From the NCBI GenBank assembly GCA_033549405.1, contig JAWSUP010000003.1, positions 1 through 32,226 on the forward strand: DNA of 32,226 nt, in the 5' to 3' direction. Both the position numbers and the translations under genes were made by a program. This document shows positions 1 to 9,811 of the stretch, piece by piece. A model generated the notes under the pieces. The model was not told the DNA's origin. It was given only the letters and a program-made list of their open reading frames with translations, and did no database searches. Position 1 is the stretch's first letter. The number at the start of each line of letters is the position of its first letter. This DNA is from Bacillota bacterium. GTDB taxonomy: Bacteria; Bacillota; Clostridia; Saccharofermentanales; UBA5734.

Positions 1-34
1 TCAGAGTCGTCATGCTTTGAGGAATCTGTGCCAT
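1..34 (-). CDS. Possible 5' end of a divergent gene running off the window (MAQIPQSMTTL...)
   Basis: ATG at 34..32 preceded by AGAGGT on the minus strand; only 11 codons visible. Confidence 0.35.
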   Translation of the reverse strand, partial: MAQIPQSMTTL

Positions 35-158
35 TTATACCTCTGACCTGTAACTCAAAAAACACCCGATAACCCCACATCGGCTTTTTCCTGCTGCCGG
101 AATATCCAGAATTCAACAGGCAGCTGTTAAAACACGCCCATGCATTTTCAATCTTATG

Positions 159-167
159 TGATACAAT
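159..167 (+). promoter_or_regulatory. Extended -10 element for murC
   Basis: TGaTACAAT about 20 nt upstream of the start; RBS GGAAAGGA at 173-180. Confidence 0.5.
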
Positions 168-187
168 AAGCCGGAAAGGATGGTATT

Positions 188-1660
188 ATGATCATGACCG
201 ACTGGCAGTCTTTACGAGCAGGTTCTCGTATCTTTTTTGTAGGGATCGGCGGTATCAGCATGAGCGGCCTGGCTGAAATTGCCATGTCCGACGGTTATAT
301 CGTCGCTGGCTCTGACCGCAATCCCGGTCATCGCACCGATCACCTTGAATCTTTGGGCATTACCGTATTCAAAGGCCATCAGCCGGGTTGGATCGATCAG
401 TTCGCTCCGGATCTTGTGGTTCACACCGCCGCAGTTCACTGGGACAACCCGGAACTGATCAGATCGTCTGAACTGGGTATCACCGTAATCGACAGAGCAC
501 GCTTCCTGGGCTGGATCAACCGGTCTTTCGCCCAGGTTATCAATATTTCCGGAACGCACGGCAAGACGACCACAACAGCGATCTGTGCTCTGATCATGAT
601 CGAAGCCGGTATAGATCCAACCGTCCATCTGGGAGCGGAGCTGCGCCAGTTCCATGGAACCGTCCGTACAAGCCGCCAGGGGAAGGTCATGGTCTCAGAG
701 GCCTGTGAGTACATGAACAGTTTCCTGCAGTTCTACTCGACAACGGCAGCTGTCCTCAACATTGATTATGATCATGTCGACTTTTTCTCCAATCTGGATG
801 CAGTCATCCGGTCATTCACCTCATTTTCAGATCTCCTGCCAGATAACGGCATCCTCATCGTTCCAGAAGCCGATCCCAATGTCGCACAGATGCTCAGTCT
901 GCTTGAAGCAAGTCGCCTGCAGAACGGCAGGCCGATGCCGCGTCTTGTGACCTTTGGCATCCGGGATGAGGAAAAACTGCAGACAGCCGAACCAGATACA
1001 CATTCAACGTATGTCTGCCGCAATCTAACATATGAACAGGCAATGCCACGCTTCGACCTTTGGCACGACAATCAGCTTGTCTGCCATGTCAGCCTGCAGG
1101 TTCCAGGACTACATAATGTTCTGAACGCCCTGGCAGCGGTCGCCTGCGCTCATGAAAATGGAGCTGACTTTTCGTCAGTGTCACGTGTGTTGAACAGCTA
1201 TCAGGGTGCGGAGGGCAGGTTCACGAATGTTGGCCGATATCGCGGCGCGCGCGTCATTTCTGACTATGCCCATCATCCGGCGGCTGCCAGGGTGACACTT
1301 GCTGCTGCCGGTCTGCTGCCGCACCGTCATCTCTGGGTCGTCTTTCAACCGCTGACCTTCAGCCGCACGCGGGTCCTGTTCGACGAGTATGTCGCCGCAT
1401 TGAAGGACTGCGAGCAGATCATCTTCTCTGAAATATACAGTGACCGCGAAACCAATCCGGGTGACATCAGTTCACGCATGGTGGCGGACCGCATCAATGA
1501 GCTGGGCGGACAAGCCTGGTTTGGCGAAGATTTCAGTCAGATTCGCACCTGGCTTGACGAACGGGTTCATCCTGATGACATCATATTGGTCATGGGGCCG
1601 GAGAACATCCGGGATTTTGCCGATGAACTGACCGGACGCACAAGCCACCTTGACGACTGA
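188..1660 (+). CDS. murC: UDP-N-acetylmuramate--L-alanine ligase
   Basis: GIGGISMSGLA N-terminal motif, SGTHGKTTT P-loop, EACEY, NIDYDHVD, DYAHHP, VFQP. Confidence 0.95.
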   Translation: MIMTDWQSLRAGSRIFFVGIGGISMSGLAEIAMSDGYIVAGSDRNPGHRTDHLESLGITVFKGHQPGWIDQFAPDLVVHTAAVHWDNPELIRSSELGITVIDRARFLGWINRSFAQVINISGTHGKTTTTAICALIMIEAGIDPTVHLGAELRQFHGTVRTSRQGKVMVSEACEYMNSFLQFYSTTAAVLNIDYDHVDFFSNLDAVIRSFTSFSDLLPDNGILIVPEADPNVAQMLSLLEASRLQNGRPMPRLVTFGIRDEEKLQTAEPDTHSTYVCRNLTYEQAMPRFDLWHDNQLVCHVSLQVPGLHNVLNALAAVACAHENGADFSSVSRVLNSYQGAEGRFTNVGRYRGARVISDYAHHPAAARVTLAAAGLLPHRHLWVVFQPLTFSRTRVLFDEYVAALKDCEQIIFSEIYSDRETNPGDISSRMVADRINELGGQAWFGEDFSQIRTWLDERVHPDDIILVMGPENIRDFADELTGRTSHLDD

Positions 1661-1762
1661 TTCCGGGGAATCCGGGAAGCACAAATACCAGCGGGACTTA
1701 ATGGCCAGAGATAGCTGAGATAAATTGTCCAGGAATTGCCGGTTCAGTTGAACAAAAAAGTG

Positions 1763-1798
1763 AAAAAAGAAGCACCCCGAAGGGGCGCTCTTTTTTTT
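1763..1798. terminator. Bidirectional intrinsic terminator between convergent murC and ftsH
   Basis: A-run, GC stem AGCACCCC-GAA-GGGGCGCT, T8 run. Confidence 0.85.
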
Positions 1799-1819
1799 GA
1801 TCAAATTGTGGGACTATTG

Positions 1820-3814
1820 TTATGTCACATCTGTACTGGCCTTTTCATCACGGCCTGTCAAGGTCGGCCTGGAAAGGTGCTGCGGTTCATCGTTATCCGC
1901 CACAGTCTCACCGGAGGTCGCATCCGGCATCCTGTCTTCCGTTGTCCCTGCGGGAACGGATGGCAGCTGCACTTCTTCGGGCAGCGAATTTGTATATTTC
2001 ACGAATATTTTTTCGAATTCCGCACCTTCTATTTTTTCTTTTTCCAGCAGTGTGTTGGCCAGTGCGTGCAACAGTTCATTTTTTTCTTTCAGGATATTAA
2101 TCACCGCGATGTAGGCATCGTCGATTATTTTTTTGACTTCATCATCGATGATTCCGGCCAGTTTTTCACTGTAATTCTGGACATGCCCATAATCTTTGCC
2201 TAAGAACACTTCGCTCTCATTGCCAAAAACCAGATTGCCCAGCTTATCACTCATGCCATATTTAGTGATCATATCACGGGCGATGCCGTTGCAAGCCTGC
2301 AGGTCATTAGAAGCACCTGTGCTGATCTCGCCGAAGGTCAGCTCTTCAGCAGCCCGACCGCCCAGAGAGATCATGATCTGTGCGACTAATTGCCCGCGGG
2401 TGGCATAGTAGGTGTCTTCATGCGGTTTGTGGGCGGTATAGCCGCCGGCAGCACCGGCAGGGATGATGGATACCCTTTCAACTTTATCTGTCTCAGAGAC
2501 CGTGCGCAGGACGATGGCGTGTCCCGATTCGTGGAATGCAGTCAGCTTGCGCTCTTTTTCGCTGATGATGCGGCTTTTCTTTTCCGGCCCGATCATTATT
2601 TTGAAGACTGCTTCGGAAATGTCCTCATAGACGATCGTCTTGGAGCCCTTGCGGGCTGCCAGTAAAGCTGCTTCATTCAGCAGGTTGGCCAGATCAGCTC
2701 CGGTAAAGCCGGGTGTGATTTTAGCTATTTCCTTAAGTTCGACCGAAGGATCCATCGGCTTGTTGCGCGCGTGCACCTTCAATATCTCTTCGCGGCCCTT
2801 GATATCCGGACGCATAACCGTGATACGACGATCAAAACGACCTGGTCTGAGCAAAGCGGGATCGAGTATGTCCGGTCTGTTTGTAGCGGCCATGATGATC
2901 ACGCCTTCGTTGGGTCCGAAGCCATCCATCTCAACCAGCAGTTGGTTGAGCGTCTGCTCGCGCTCATCGTGGCCACCGCCCATGCCGGCGCCACGGTGAC
3001 GGCCGACAGCATCGATTTCATCGATAAAGACAATACAAGGCGCATTCTTTTTCGCATTCTCGAACAAGTCGCGAACACGAGAAGCACCGACACCGACAAA
3101 CATCTCGACAAAGTCCGAGCCACTGATGGAGAAGAACGGGACACCTGCTTCTCCGGCGACAGCTTTGGCCAGCAGAGTTTTACCGGTACCGGGTGATCCG
3201 ACAAGCAGTATACCGCGCGGGATCTTAGCGCCGAGATCAGCGTACTTCTTGGGGTTCTTCAAAAAATCGACAACTTCGCGCAGCTCTTCTTTTTCTTCAT
3301 CGGCTCCGGCGACATCAGCAAAAGTAATCTTATTTTTAGCCGGATCGTTAAGCTTAGCTCGACTGCGGCCAAAACTCATGGCGCTCTTGCCATCGCCGGC
3401 CTGGCGGGAATAGGTGAACCAGATAAAAGCCCCCATGCCGACAACCATGACCAGAATCAGGATGATATTGAGCCAGCTTGTGATATCGGTTGGTTCATTG
3501 TAGTCATAGTTACTAATTTTCCCGGTCTGCTCCGCTTCAGTCAGAATTGAGTAAAAATCTTCCATCCAGAGCGGCGATATGGACTTGCTGACAGAGCGGG
3601 CTGGACTGGACGTTGTTTTTTCATACCTGATTTCAACGGTATAACCGGTCACGATCACTTCGTTGACCCGACCACTGTTGATTTCGTCGGTCAGTTCAGA
3701 CAGAGTAATCTGCTCAGGTTGCGTCATGCGGGACATAAAGAACGACAAAAATATGATGACAGCCAGCAGGATGATGTAAAAGGACATCCCATTCATGGCA
3801 CGTTTTGGTTTCAT
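1820..3814 (-). CDS. ftsH: ATP-dependent zinc metalloprotease FtsH
   Basis: Two N-terminal TM segments, GSPGTGKT Walker A, FIDEID Walker [25 protein letters not shown] zinc site. Confidence 0.98.
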   Translation of the reverse strand: MKPKRAMNGMSFYIILLAVIIFLSFFMSRMTQPEQITLSELTDEINSGRVNEVIVTGYTVEIRYEKTTSSPARSVSKSISPLWMEDFYSILTEAEQTGKISNYDYNEPTDITSWLNIILILVMVVGMGAFIWFTYSRQAGDGKSAMSFGRSRAKLNDPAKNKITFADVAGADEEKEELREVVDFLKNPKKYADLGAKIPRGILLVGSPGTGKTLLAKAVAGEAGVPFFSISGSDFVEMFVGVGASRVRDLFENAKKNAPCIVFIDEIDAVGRHRGAGMGGGHDEREQTLNQLLVEMDGFGPNEGVIIMAATNRPDILDPALLRPGRFDRRITVMRPDIKGREEILKVHARNKPMDPSVELKEIAKITPGFTGADLANLLNEAALLAARKGSKTIVYEDISEAVFKIMIGPEKKSRIISEKERKLTAFHESGHAIVLRTVSETDKVERVSIIPAGAAGGYTAHKPHEDTYYATRGQLVAQIMISLGGRAAEELTFGEISTGASNDLQACNGIARDMITKYGMSDKLGNLVFGNESEVFLGKDYGHVQNYSEKLAGIIDDEVKKIIDDAYIAVINILKEKNELLHALANTLLEKEKIEGAEFEKIFVKYTNSLPEEVQLPSVPAGTTEDRMPDATSGETVADNDEPQHLSRPTLTGRDEKASTDVT

Positions 3815-4356
3815 TTTGCGCCTCCTTGACTGTCGTCTCCGAGTATGGATACATCGGGAAGATTTCTGTACCTGCCATCGAAATCAAGGCCATAGCCCAC
3901 GATAAATTCATCAGGTATCTGCATGCCCACATATTCCACTTTGACATTGACCCGCCGTCTTTCCGGTTTGTCGAAAGCAGTGCAGACAGCGATACTGGCT
4001 GGTTTGCGGGTACCGAGTAACTGGCGCAAGTGGTTCAGAGTCAGTCCCGAATCAACAATATCTTCCACGATGATGATGTGTTTCCCTGTGATGTCTGAAT
4101 CCAGGTCTTTGGTTATGCGCACGATACCAGATGAGCGAGTCCCGCTGCCATAGCTGGATACGGATATGAAATCGATCCGGCAGGGTATCGTCAGGTATCG
4201 GGCCAGGTCTGCCATAAAGACATAGGCGCCCTTTAAAACGCCAATCAGGATGACTTCCCTGTCGGTATAGTCGGCTGATATCTGTGCGCCCAGCCGATTG
4301 CACATCGCGTCGATTTCCTCGCGCTTGATCAATACATCCTTAACATATTTCGCCAT
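3811..4356 (-). CDS. hpt: Hypoxanthine phosphoribosyltransferase
   Basis: [20 protein letters not shown] motif, [13 protein letters not shown]; tilS-hpt-ftsH order. Confidence 0.97.
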   Translation of the reverse strand: MAKYVKDVLIKREEIDAMCNRLGAQISADYTDREVILIGVLKGAYVFMADLARYLTIPCRIDFISVSSYGSGTRSSGIVRITKDLDSDITGKHIIIVEDIVDSGLTLNHLRQLLGTRKPASIAVCTAFDKPERRRVNVKVEYVGMQIPDEFIVGYGLDFDGRYRNLPDVSILGDDSQGGAK

Positions 4357-4395
4357 CCGTTCAAGAGCCTCCTCATTTCGGCTTAAGCTAGTATT

Positions 4396-5880
4396 TTACC
4401 TGATATCTGTCGCATCGACCAGTCCACGTGTTACCGTTTTAGGTAGCGATGACAGATGAAGCCGAATTCGCCGGCCATTGCACTCGCCTGACCGGGCCAC
4501 ATAGGCTGCTCCTGAAGCATGTCCCGGCAACCAGGCCACTTCATGACCATCGGCCACAAGAACCATGTGCGATCGTTCTTTAGCAGAAACTTTTCGCTCC
4601 TGCAAGTATTTTTTTAATGGCTTGCCGCCAGAATGTCCCCATGGGTGGATCCGGTCGCCCGGCAGCCTTGTGCGCACAACGCAGTTGCGGATGCGTTCAA
4701 ACCAGAAACACTCCATTGCGCCATTATATACGATCTCACAATCATTCTCAACGAATTCTGCGGATATCTGCAGGTTCAGCGTTTCGATCGACGTCAGGCC
4801 GGGCAGCACAAGCGGCACCGGCTCAAGCATAACAGGACGGTCAAAACGGGATATGCCTTCCTGATTGATCAGTCTGATCTGGTCGTTGGCATAGCTGATC
4901 CGGCGGTGTTCTGGCAGATCCAGAGTCTGGCCGCCGGTAGCCTTTTTTAGCCATATGATGATGCTTTGGATGTGAACCTGTTCCAGATTCTGGCCGTGGC
5001 CGGTGTGCCTTTGCCAGAACTGACGCAGGACACGCACCTGAATGGCCGGATGCAATACAGACAGTATTGATACAACCAGCGCATCACCCCGGTAACACCG
5101 ATCGAACGCTGCCTGTGCTATGGCATCAAGACAGGCCCGGTCAAGTGACAGGTTTTCTGCGGTGCGGCCAAGCAGCGGAACCGGATCATAGCCAAGCGCA
5201 GCCCGCCACTGCGGCAGCAGCTGGTGGCGCAGCCGGTTGCGGATGGTGAACCCTTCGTCGTTCGTTTTATCGTGACGCCATGAGACTTGCTTCTGTTCCA
5301 GCCATGCTTCAATGTCTGCGCGGCGACAGGCCAGCAGCGGACGGATCAATAAGCCATCGGATGGCTGCATGCCGGTCAGTCCGTCGAGTCCTGCACCTCT
5401 GCCCAGATGCATCAACATTGTCTCAGCCTGGTCATCCAGATGATGCGCCAAAGCTATCCGGACCGGGCTCCGGGTTCCGTCCTGCTGTTCGGCCAATTCA
5501 TCAGCCAGCTTTCTGAAGACTTCTCTGCGGACATCCCGCGCAGCCAGCTCCAGACCGATCCGGCGCTCTTGCGCCAGCTGTGCGACCGGTATTTCATGGC
5601 TGTAAAACGGCACAGCCAGTTGCAGGCACCATTCACGGACATAAGCCTGGTCCGCATCGGCATCGGCGCCGCGCAGTCCGTGATGGATATGGACACAGCT
5701 CAGTTGAAAGTTCAAGGTCTGCTGCAGATCGTGCAACAGGAGCAGTAATGCGATCGAATCGGCGCCTCCGGACACAGCGGCCAGGATATGGCTGCCGGGC
5801 GGTATCAGCTGGTTTTGCAGAATCAGGCGACATGCCTGTTCCGGCAGATCCGGAATATGCATTTTTTCTTTTCTGCTCAT
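4396..5880 (-). CDS. tilS: tRNA(Ile)-lysidine synthetase
   Basis: SGGADS PP-loop, AHHLDDQAET, LIRPLL, RNRLRH, C-terminal RLPGDRI..KPLKKYL. Confidence 0.96.
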   Translation of the reverse strand: MSRKEKMHIPDLPEQACRLILQNQLIPPGSHILAAVSGGADSIALLLLLHDLQQTLNFQLSCVHIHHGLRGADADADQAYVREWCLQLAVPFYSHEIPVAQLAQERRIGLELAARDVRREVFRKLADELAEQQDGTRSPVRIALAHHLDDQAETMLMHLGRGAGLDGLTGMQPSDGLLIRPLLACRRADIEAWLEQKQVSWRHDKTNDEGFTIRNRLRHQLLPQWRAALGYDPVPLLGRTAENLSLDRACLDAIAQAAFDRCYRGDALVVSILSVLHPAIQVRVLRQFWQRHTGHGQNLEQVHIQSIIIWLKKATGGQTLDLPEHRRISYANDQIRLINQEGISRFDRPVMLEPVPLVLPGLTSIETLNLQISAEFVENDCEIVYNGAMECFWFERIRNCVVRTRLPGDRIHPWGHSGGKPLKKYLQERKVSAKERSHMVLVADGHEVAWLPGHASGAAYVARSGECNGRRIRLHLSSLPKTVTRGLVDATDIR

Positions 5881-7265
5881 GCTGAATATGGCGGCGGTTC
5901 ACTGGGGATCCGACCGTCTTCTTTCTCAAAAAATAATGTGTATTTCGGCCACCAGCCGAGATGCAGGTTGCCAGTCGCACCCTGCCTGTTCTTGGCGATG
6001 ATCACCTCGGCGTCCTCAGTTTCCAGAGCAGCCTGTTCAGAATTGTAGTATTGCTCACGATACAAAAAGATAACAACATCCGCATCTTGCTCGATCGCAC
6101 CTGAATCGCGCAAATCTGAAAGCAGCGGTTTTTTGTCCGATCTCATCTCACAGGCCCGGCTGAGCTGTGAGAGGGCAATCACGGGAACAGACAGTTCTCT
6201 GGCCATAATTTTCAGCGTCCTCGAAATTTCGGAGATTTCCTGTTGCCTGCTCTCCGCACGACTCTGATTGCTGTTCATCAACTGCAAATAGTCGACAATG
6301 ACCACACCCAGCTTGTTTTCCAGTTTCAGTTGACGGCATTTTGACATCATTTCCATGACGCTGGTGCCTGAGCGGTCATCAATATAGATCGGCGCCGCAT
6401 AGAGCGGTGGCAGTGCTCGGGCAATTTTCTCCCAGTCCTCCGGCTGCAACTCGCCTGTGTTCAACAAGCGGGAATTGACCAGTGACTGGCTGCTGAGCAG
6501 GCGGTTGCTGATTTCTTCTTTGGACATCTCAAGGCTGAAAATTGCTGCAGGAACATGATGCAGTGTGGCAGCCTTCTGGGCAATGTTAAGGGCAAAAGCC
6601 GATTTTCCCATGGCCGGGCGCGCCGCGACGATAACAAGACCACCCGGGCGTAACCCGCCAAGAATCCTGTCCAGCTGGTAGTAGCCAGTCAGAACGACCT
6701 TCTGCCGCGGTTGGCCGCGAGCGATCGCCGCCAGTTCGTTGACTGTGCGGCCCATAATATCTTTGAGGCTCTCAAAGCCGCTGATATCACGGCTTTCCCG
6801 GATTTCATAAATGCGTTTGGCCGCTACATCAAGCAGCATATCGGCATCATCCGGATCGTTGTAACACAGACCGGTGATTTCTTGCATGGCGCCTATCAGG
6901 CGGCGCAGAATCGCTTTCTGCCGCACCAGATCAGCATAATGGGCAGCATTGGATACCAGTGGCGCCGCATCCGGCAGTGAACTGATATAGGAAAGGCCGC
7001 CTGCCTTCTCCAACTGTCCGCGATTTTCCAGCATATCGGTCACGGTAATGATGTCGACCGGTTTGCTGTCCAGATAAAGCGTACAAATCACATCATAGAT
7101 GAGGCGGTGCTGCGGCCGATACAAATCCTCTGTCTTCAGAATAGCCGTAATTTCCGCCAGCGGGCGTTCGCCGGACAGCGCACAGCCGAGTACAGATTGT
7201 TCGGCTTGTTGATTGCTGGGCGGGACCTTGCCTTCGATTGGTCTTTTCAGATCGTCAGGAGACAT
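5877..7265 (-). CDS. dnaB: Replicative DNA helicase (alternative start 7283)
   Basis: AEQSVLG, AARPAMGKS, FSLEM, IVDYLQL, LSQLSR, SDLRDSGAIEQDAD; TAAGGAGG RBS favours ATG 7265. Confidence 0.97.
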   Translation of the reverse strand: MSPDDLKRPIEGKVPPSNQQAEQSVLGCALSGERPLAEITAILKTEDLYRPQHRLIYDVICTLYLDSKPVDIITVTDMLENRGQLEKAGGLSYISSLPDAAPLVSNAAHYADLVRQKAILRRLIGAMQEITGLCYNDPDDADMLLDVAAKRIYEIRESRDISGFESLKDIMGRTVNELAAIARGQPRQKVVLTGYYQLDRILGGLRPGGLVIVAARPAMGKSAFALNIAQKAATLHHVPAAIFSLEMSKEEISNRLLSSQSLVNSRLLNTGELQPEDWEKIARALPPLYAAPIYIDDRSGTSVMEMMSKCRQLKLENKLGVVIVDYLQLMNSNQSRAESRQQEISEISRTLKIMARELSVPVIALSQLSRACEMRSDKKPLLSDLRDSGAIEQDADVVIFLYREQYYNSEQAALETEDAEVIIAKNRQGATGNLHLGWWPKYTLFFEKEDGRIPSEPPPYSA

Positions 7266-7279
7266 GGATGGCCTCCTTA

Positions 7280-7723
7280 TCATTCGGCTGTCAGACGAAT
7301 TTTAATTTTAGCTATAATATCAGCATGAAGCTTGACATCGACATCGTAGTCACCCAGCGTCTTGACCGGACTTTGAATGACGATGCCGCGCTTGTCTACC
7401 TTATGTCCTGCTTTATTCAGGGCATCCGCGATATCCATGGTGGTCAGCGAACCATACAGCCTGCCGCCTTCACCGCATTTGATCGGCATCGTAAAGAGCT
7501 GGCCGTCGATCTTTTCTGCAGTCGTACGCGCCTCTGCCAATTCACGATCATGCCTGGTCTTTTCTGCTGTCTTGCGGGTTTTAACGATATTTAGATTAGC
7601 CGGTGTCGCTTCAAGTGCCAGTTGTTTATGAAACAAAAAATTGCGTGCATATCCATCGTTCACTTTGACAATATCGTCGGGTTTACCCAAACCTTTGACT
7701 TCCTGAAGTAAAATGACTTTCAT
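7280..7723 (-). CDS. rplI: 50S ribosomal protein L9
   Basis: [30 protein letters not shown]. Confidence 0.98.
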   Translation of the reverse strand: MKVILLQEVKGLGKPDDIVKVNDGYARNFLFHKQLALEATPANLNIVKTRKTAEKTRHDRELAEARTTAEKIDGQLFTMPIKCGEGGRLYGSLTTMDIADALNKAGHKVDKRGIVIQSPVKTLGDYDVDVKLHADIIAKIKIRLTAE

Positions 7724-7790
7724 GGGGTGATCCTCCTGTATCGGACACGGCGCTCAGGCAGATGCGCCGTCCAGTCTCGCTGCTTCTCGT

Positions 7791-7799
7791 ATTGTATCA
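7791..7799 (-). promoter_or_regulatory. Extended -10 for the rplI-dnaB-tilS-hpt-ftsH operon
   Basis: TGaTACAAT on the minus strand just downstream of the rpsR terminator. Confidence 0.55.
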
Positions 7800-7843
7800 T
7801 AAATTGCGGTAAATCTGGCAGTAAAAACCAGTTGAACAACCGT

Positions 7844-7881
7844 AAAAAACCGCGGCCCTTCTTGTTGGAGAAGTGCCGCGG
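7844..7881 (-). terminator. Intrinsic terminator of rpsF-ssb-rpsR
   Basis: CCGCGGCACTTCT-CCAACA-AGAAGGGCCGCGG followed by T6. Confidence 0.8.
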
Positions 7882-7905
7882 CATTCACAGTCCCTCAGGG
7901 CATGC

Positions 7906-8184
7906 CTATTCGCCTGAAAAAGGCAAAAAGGCAATGTGCCTGGCCCGCTTGATGGCGATTGTCAGTTCGCGTTGATGTCTGGCACAATTACCAGACATCC
8001 GCTTGGGCAATATTTTGCCGCGTTCAGATATGAACTTGCGCAGTCTGCCGGTATCCTTAAATTCGATATGCTCAATTTTATCAGCACAGAACGCACAGAC
8101 CTTGCGCCGCGAACGTCTCTGCCGCATCGGTCGGGACCCGTCTCGGTCACCACTGTCCCTGCCGCCACGTCTCATGTCTGCCAT
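7906..8184 (-). CDS. rpsR: 30S ribosomal protein S18 (Zn-binding type)
   Basis: [32 protein letters not shown]; RBS GAAAGGAG before ATG 8184. Confidence 0.98.
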   Translation of the reverse strand: MADMRRGGRDSGDRDGSRPMRQRRSRRKVCAFCADKIEHIEFKDTGRLRKFISERGKILPKRMSGNCARHQRELTIAIKRARHIAFLPFSGE

Positions 8185-8359
8185 GGATTGCTCTCCTTTC
8201 TGAAAATGGGGCAGGCAATAGAGCAAAACAGCTCCTTGCCTTACCGAAAATCATCTGATCAAGGTTAGCAAAGAAATTAACTGGTCTTTTCACCGAAAGA
8301 TTAACAATGCTGGATAATTTTTCGGGGAATCTCTAGAGCAAGTTATCTCTTGGCTATCC

Positions 8360-8815
8360 TCAGATATCAAAAGGCAATGTCGTATCGTCATCGGGCCCCG
8401 GGAAAAAACCTTCTCCGGCAGTTGACTGCCCTGTTCCCTGTCCGGTTCCCTGTCCGGTTCCCTGACCCTGGTTCGATGGTTCGCCACTGCTGTCGCTGCG
8501 TTTAGACTCGGTGAAATAGACTTCATCGGCAATAACTTCCGTCGCGCTGTGCCGCTTCCCTTCCGGGTCGTCCCAACTCCGGGTCTGAATGGTGCCGATA
8601 ACAGCCATCCTGGATCCTTTGCGGAAATACTTGCTGCAGAACTCTGCTTGCTGTCGCCAGGCTACTATGGGAATGAAATCCGCCTGGCGCTCACCGCTCG
8701 CATTCTTGAAGCGGCGATCTACGGCCAGTGTGAATGAACACACCGGTACCTGGTTGGCTGTTGTCCGCAACTCAGGATCTCGCGTTAATCTACCCATCAA
8801 AATTGCTTTGTTCAT
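8360..8815 (-). CDS. ssb: Single-stranded DNA-binding protein
   Basis: MNKAILMGRLTRDPELR, ADFIPIVAW, acidic DDDTTLPF tail. Confidence 0.98.
   Translation of the reverse strand: MNKAILMGRLTRDPELRTTANQVPVCSFTLAVDRRFKNASGERQADFIPIVAWRQQAEFCSKYFRKGSRMAVIGTIQTRSWDDPEGKRHSATEVIADEVYFTESKRSDSSGEPSNQGQGTGQGTGQGTGQSTAGEGFFPGPDDDTTLPFDI
8428..8470 (-). repeat. 12-bp coding tandem repeat (GQGT x3) in the SSB linker
   Basis: Repeated gttccctgtccg units; peptide QGQGTGQGTGQGTGQ. Confidence 0.85.
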
Positions 8816-8840
8816 AACACATGCCTTTCTGACTGTCAGT

Positions 8841-9128
8841 TCAGTCGTCTGTGCGGATTACCAGATACCGCAGGACGCCTTCAGTTATCTTGAGCACACG
8901 CTCAAGCTCCTTCGGGAAATCGGTTTCCGCACTGAAATCGATCAGGACATAATATCCTTCCTTTTGGTCTTTGATTTCATAAGCGAGTCTGCGCCGACCC
9001 CAGACATCGATCTTCTCCACGGTTGCGGCAGACTCGATAAGCGTCTGGATTTTCTCCGTCGTCGCGTTAATCGCTTCTTCTCCGATAACCGGGTTCAGAA
9101 TGTAGATAGCTTCGTATTTTCTGGCCAA
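8841..9128 (-). CDS. rpsF: 30S ribosomal protein S6 (TTG start)
   Basis: RKYEAIYILNP, WGRRRLAYEI, EGYY, VLRYLVIR; GGAGGAGGTG RBS before TTG 9128. Confidence 0.97.
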   Translation of the reverse strand: MARKYEAIYILNPVIGEEAINATTEKIQTLIESAATVEKIDVWGRRRLAYEIKDQKEGYYVLIDFSAETDFPKELERVLKITEGVLRYLVIRTDD

Positions 9129-9135
9129 TTGTATC

Positions 9136-9182
9136 ACCTCCTCCTGGACTGAACGGCTCTGCACAGGGCAGAGCGAGGACAC
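9136..9182 (-). ncRNA. S6:S18 ribosomal protein leader (autoregulatory cis RNA)
   Basis: CCTC-GCTCTGC-CCTGT-GCAGAGC-CG..GAGG: apical hairpin, CCG at its 3' base, lower stem pairing with the RBS; located directly before rpsF. Confidence 0.75.
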
Positions 9183-9212
9183 TATTCACTGTGCAGGCGC
9201 ACAGCACACAAG

Positions 9213-9241
9213 ACTATAGCATGACAGCCGGAATCCGTCAA
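9213..9241 (-). promoter_or_regulatory. Sigma-70/SigA promoter of rpsF
   Basis: TTGACG-17 nt-TATAGT with TG extension. Confidence 0.8.
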
Positions 9242-9316
9242 GCCGATGGCCAGGGTTCAAACCAGAAAATTCGCCAAAAATCGTCGCCCGGTTATACCAA
9301 ACATTGTATATGCAGA

Positions 9317-9811
9317 TCAGCTGTTTGTCTTTTGCCTGCAGTCATCATTTTGCGTCAACCGGACCGACAGAAGCCTGATCAGTTCCGCTATCTCTGTTGC
9401 AGCATCCACGTAACAGGCCGCATCGCCGCCATATGGGTCTTTCACATCAGCTGCTGCTTGACCGGCAGCTTCAGATAGTGTCATAACGCGACCGGCCAAC
9501 TCCGGCAGCATGCGCAAGAGCGAATGCACATGCCGCTCTTCCATGGTCAGAATCAGACTTGCTCCTCTGAGCAGATCTTCTTCTGCCTGTCGGGCAAGGT
9601 GGTCTGACAGGTCAAGTCCGTATGCCTGCCGCATAACATCAATTGCCAGAGGCGACGCAGCCTGGCCGGCATGGGCTGCCAGACCGGCGGAGCGGGCTTC
9701 ATAGCAGCTGTCCTGATTGAGATGGTTGAACAGGGCTTCAGCCATGGGGCTGCGGCAGGTGTTGCCGGTACAGACAAACAAGATGGTTTTTTTGGATGCG
9801 GCGACAGTCAT
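9317..9811 (-). CDS. Low-molecular-weight protein (arginine/tyrosine) phosphatase, YwlE-like
   Basis: FVCTGNTCRSPMAE catalytic loop, DPYGG; follows sua5 as in other Firmicutes. Confidence 0.9.
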   Translation of the reverse strand: MTVAASKKTILFVCTGNTCRSPMAEALFNHLNQDSCYEARSAGLAAHAGQAASPLAIDVMRQAYGLDLSDHLARQAEEDLLRGASLILTMEERHVHSLLRMLPELAGRVMTLSEAAGQAAADVKDPYGGDAACYVDAATEIAELIRLLSVRLTQNDDCRQKTNS

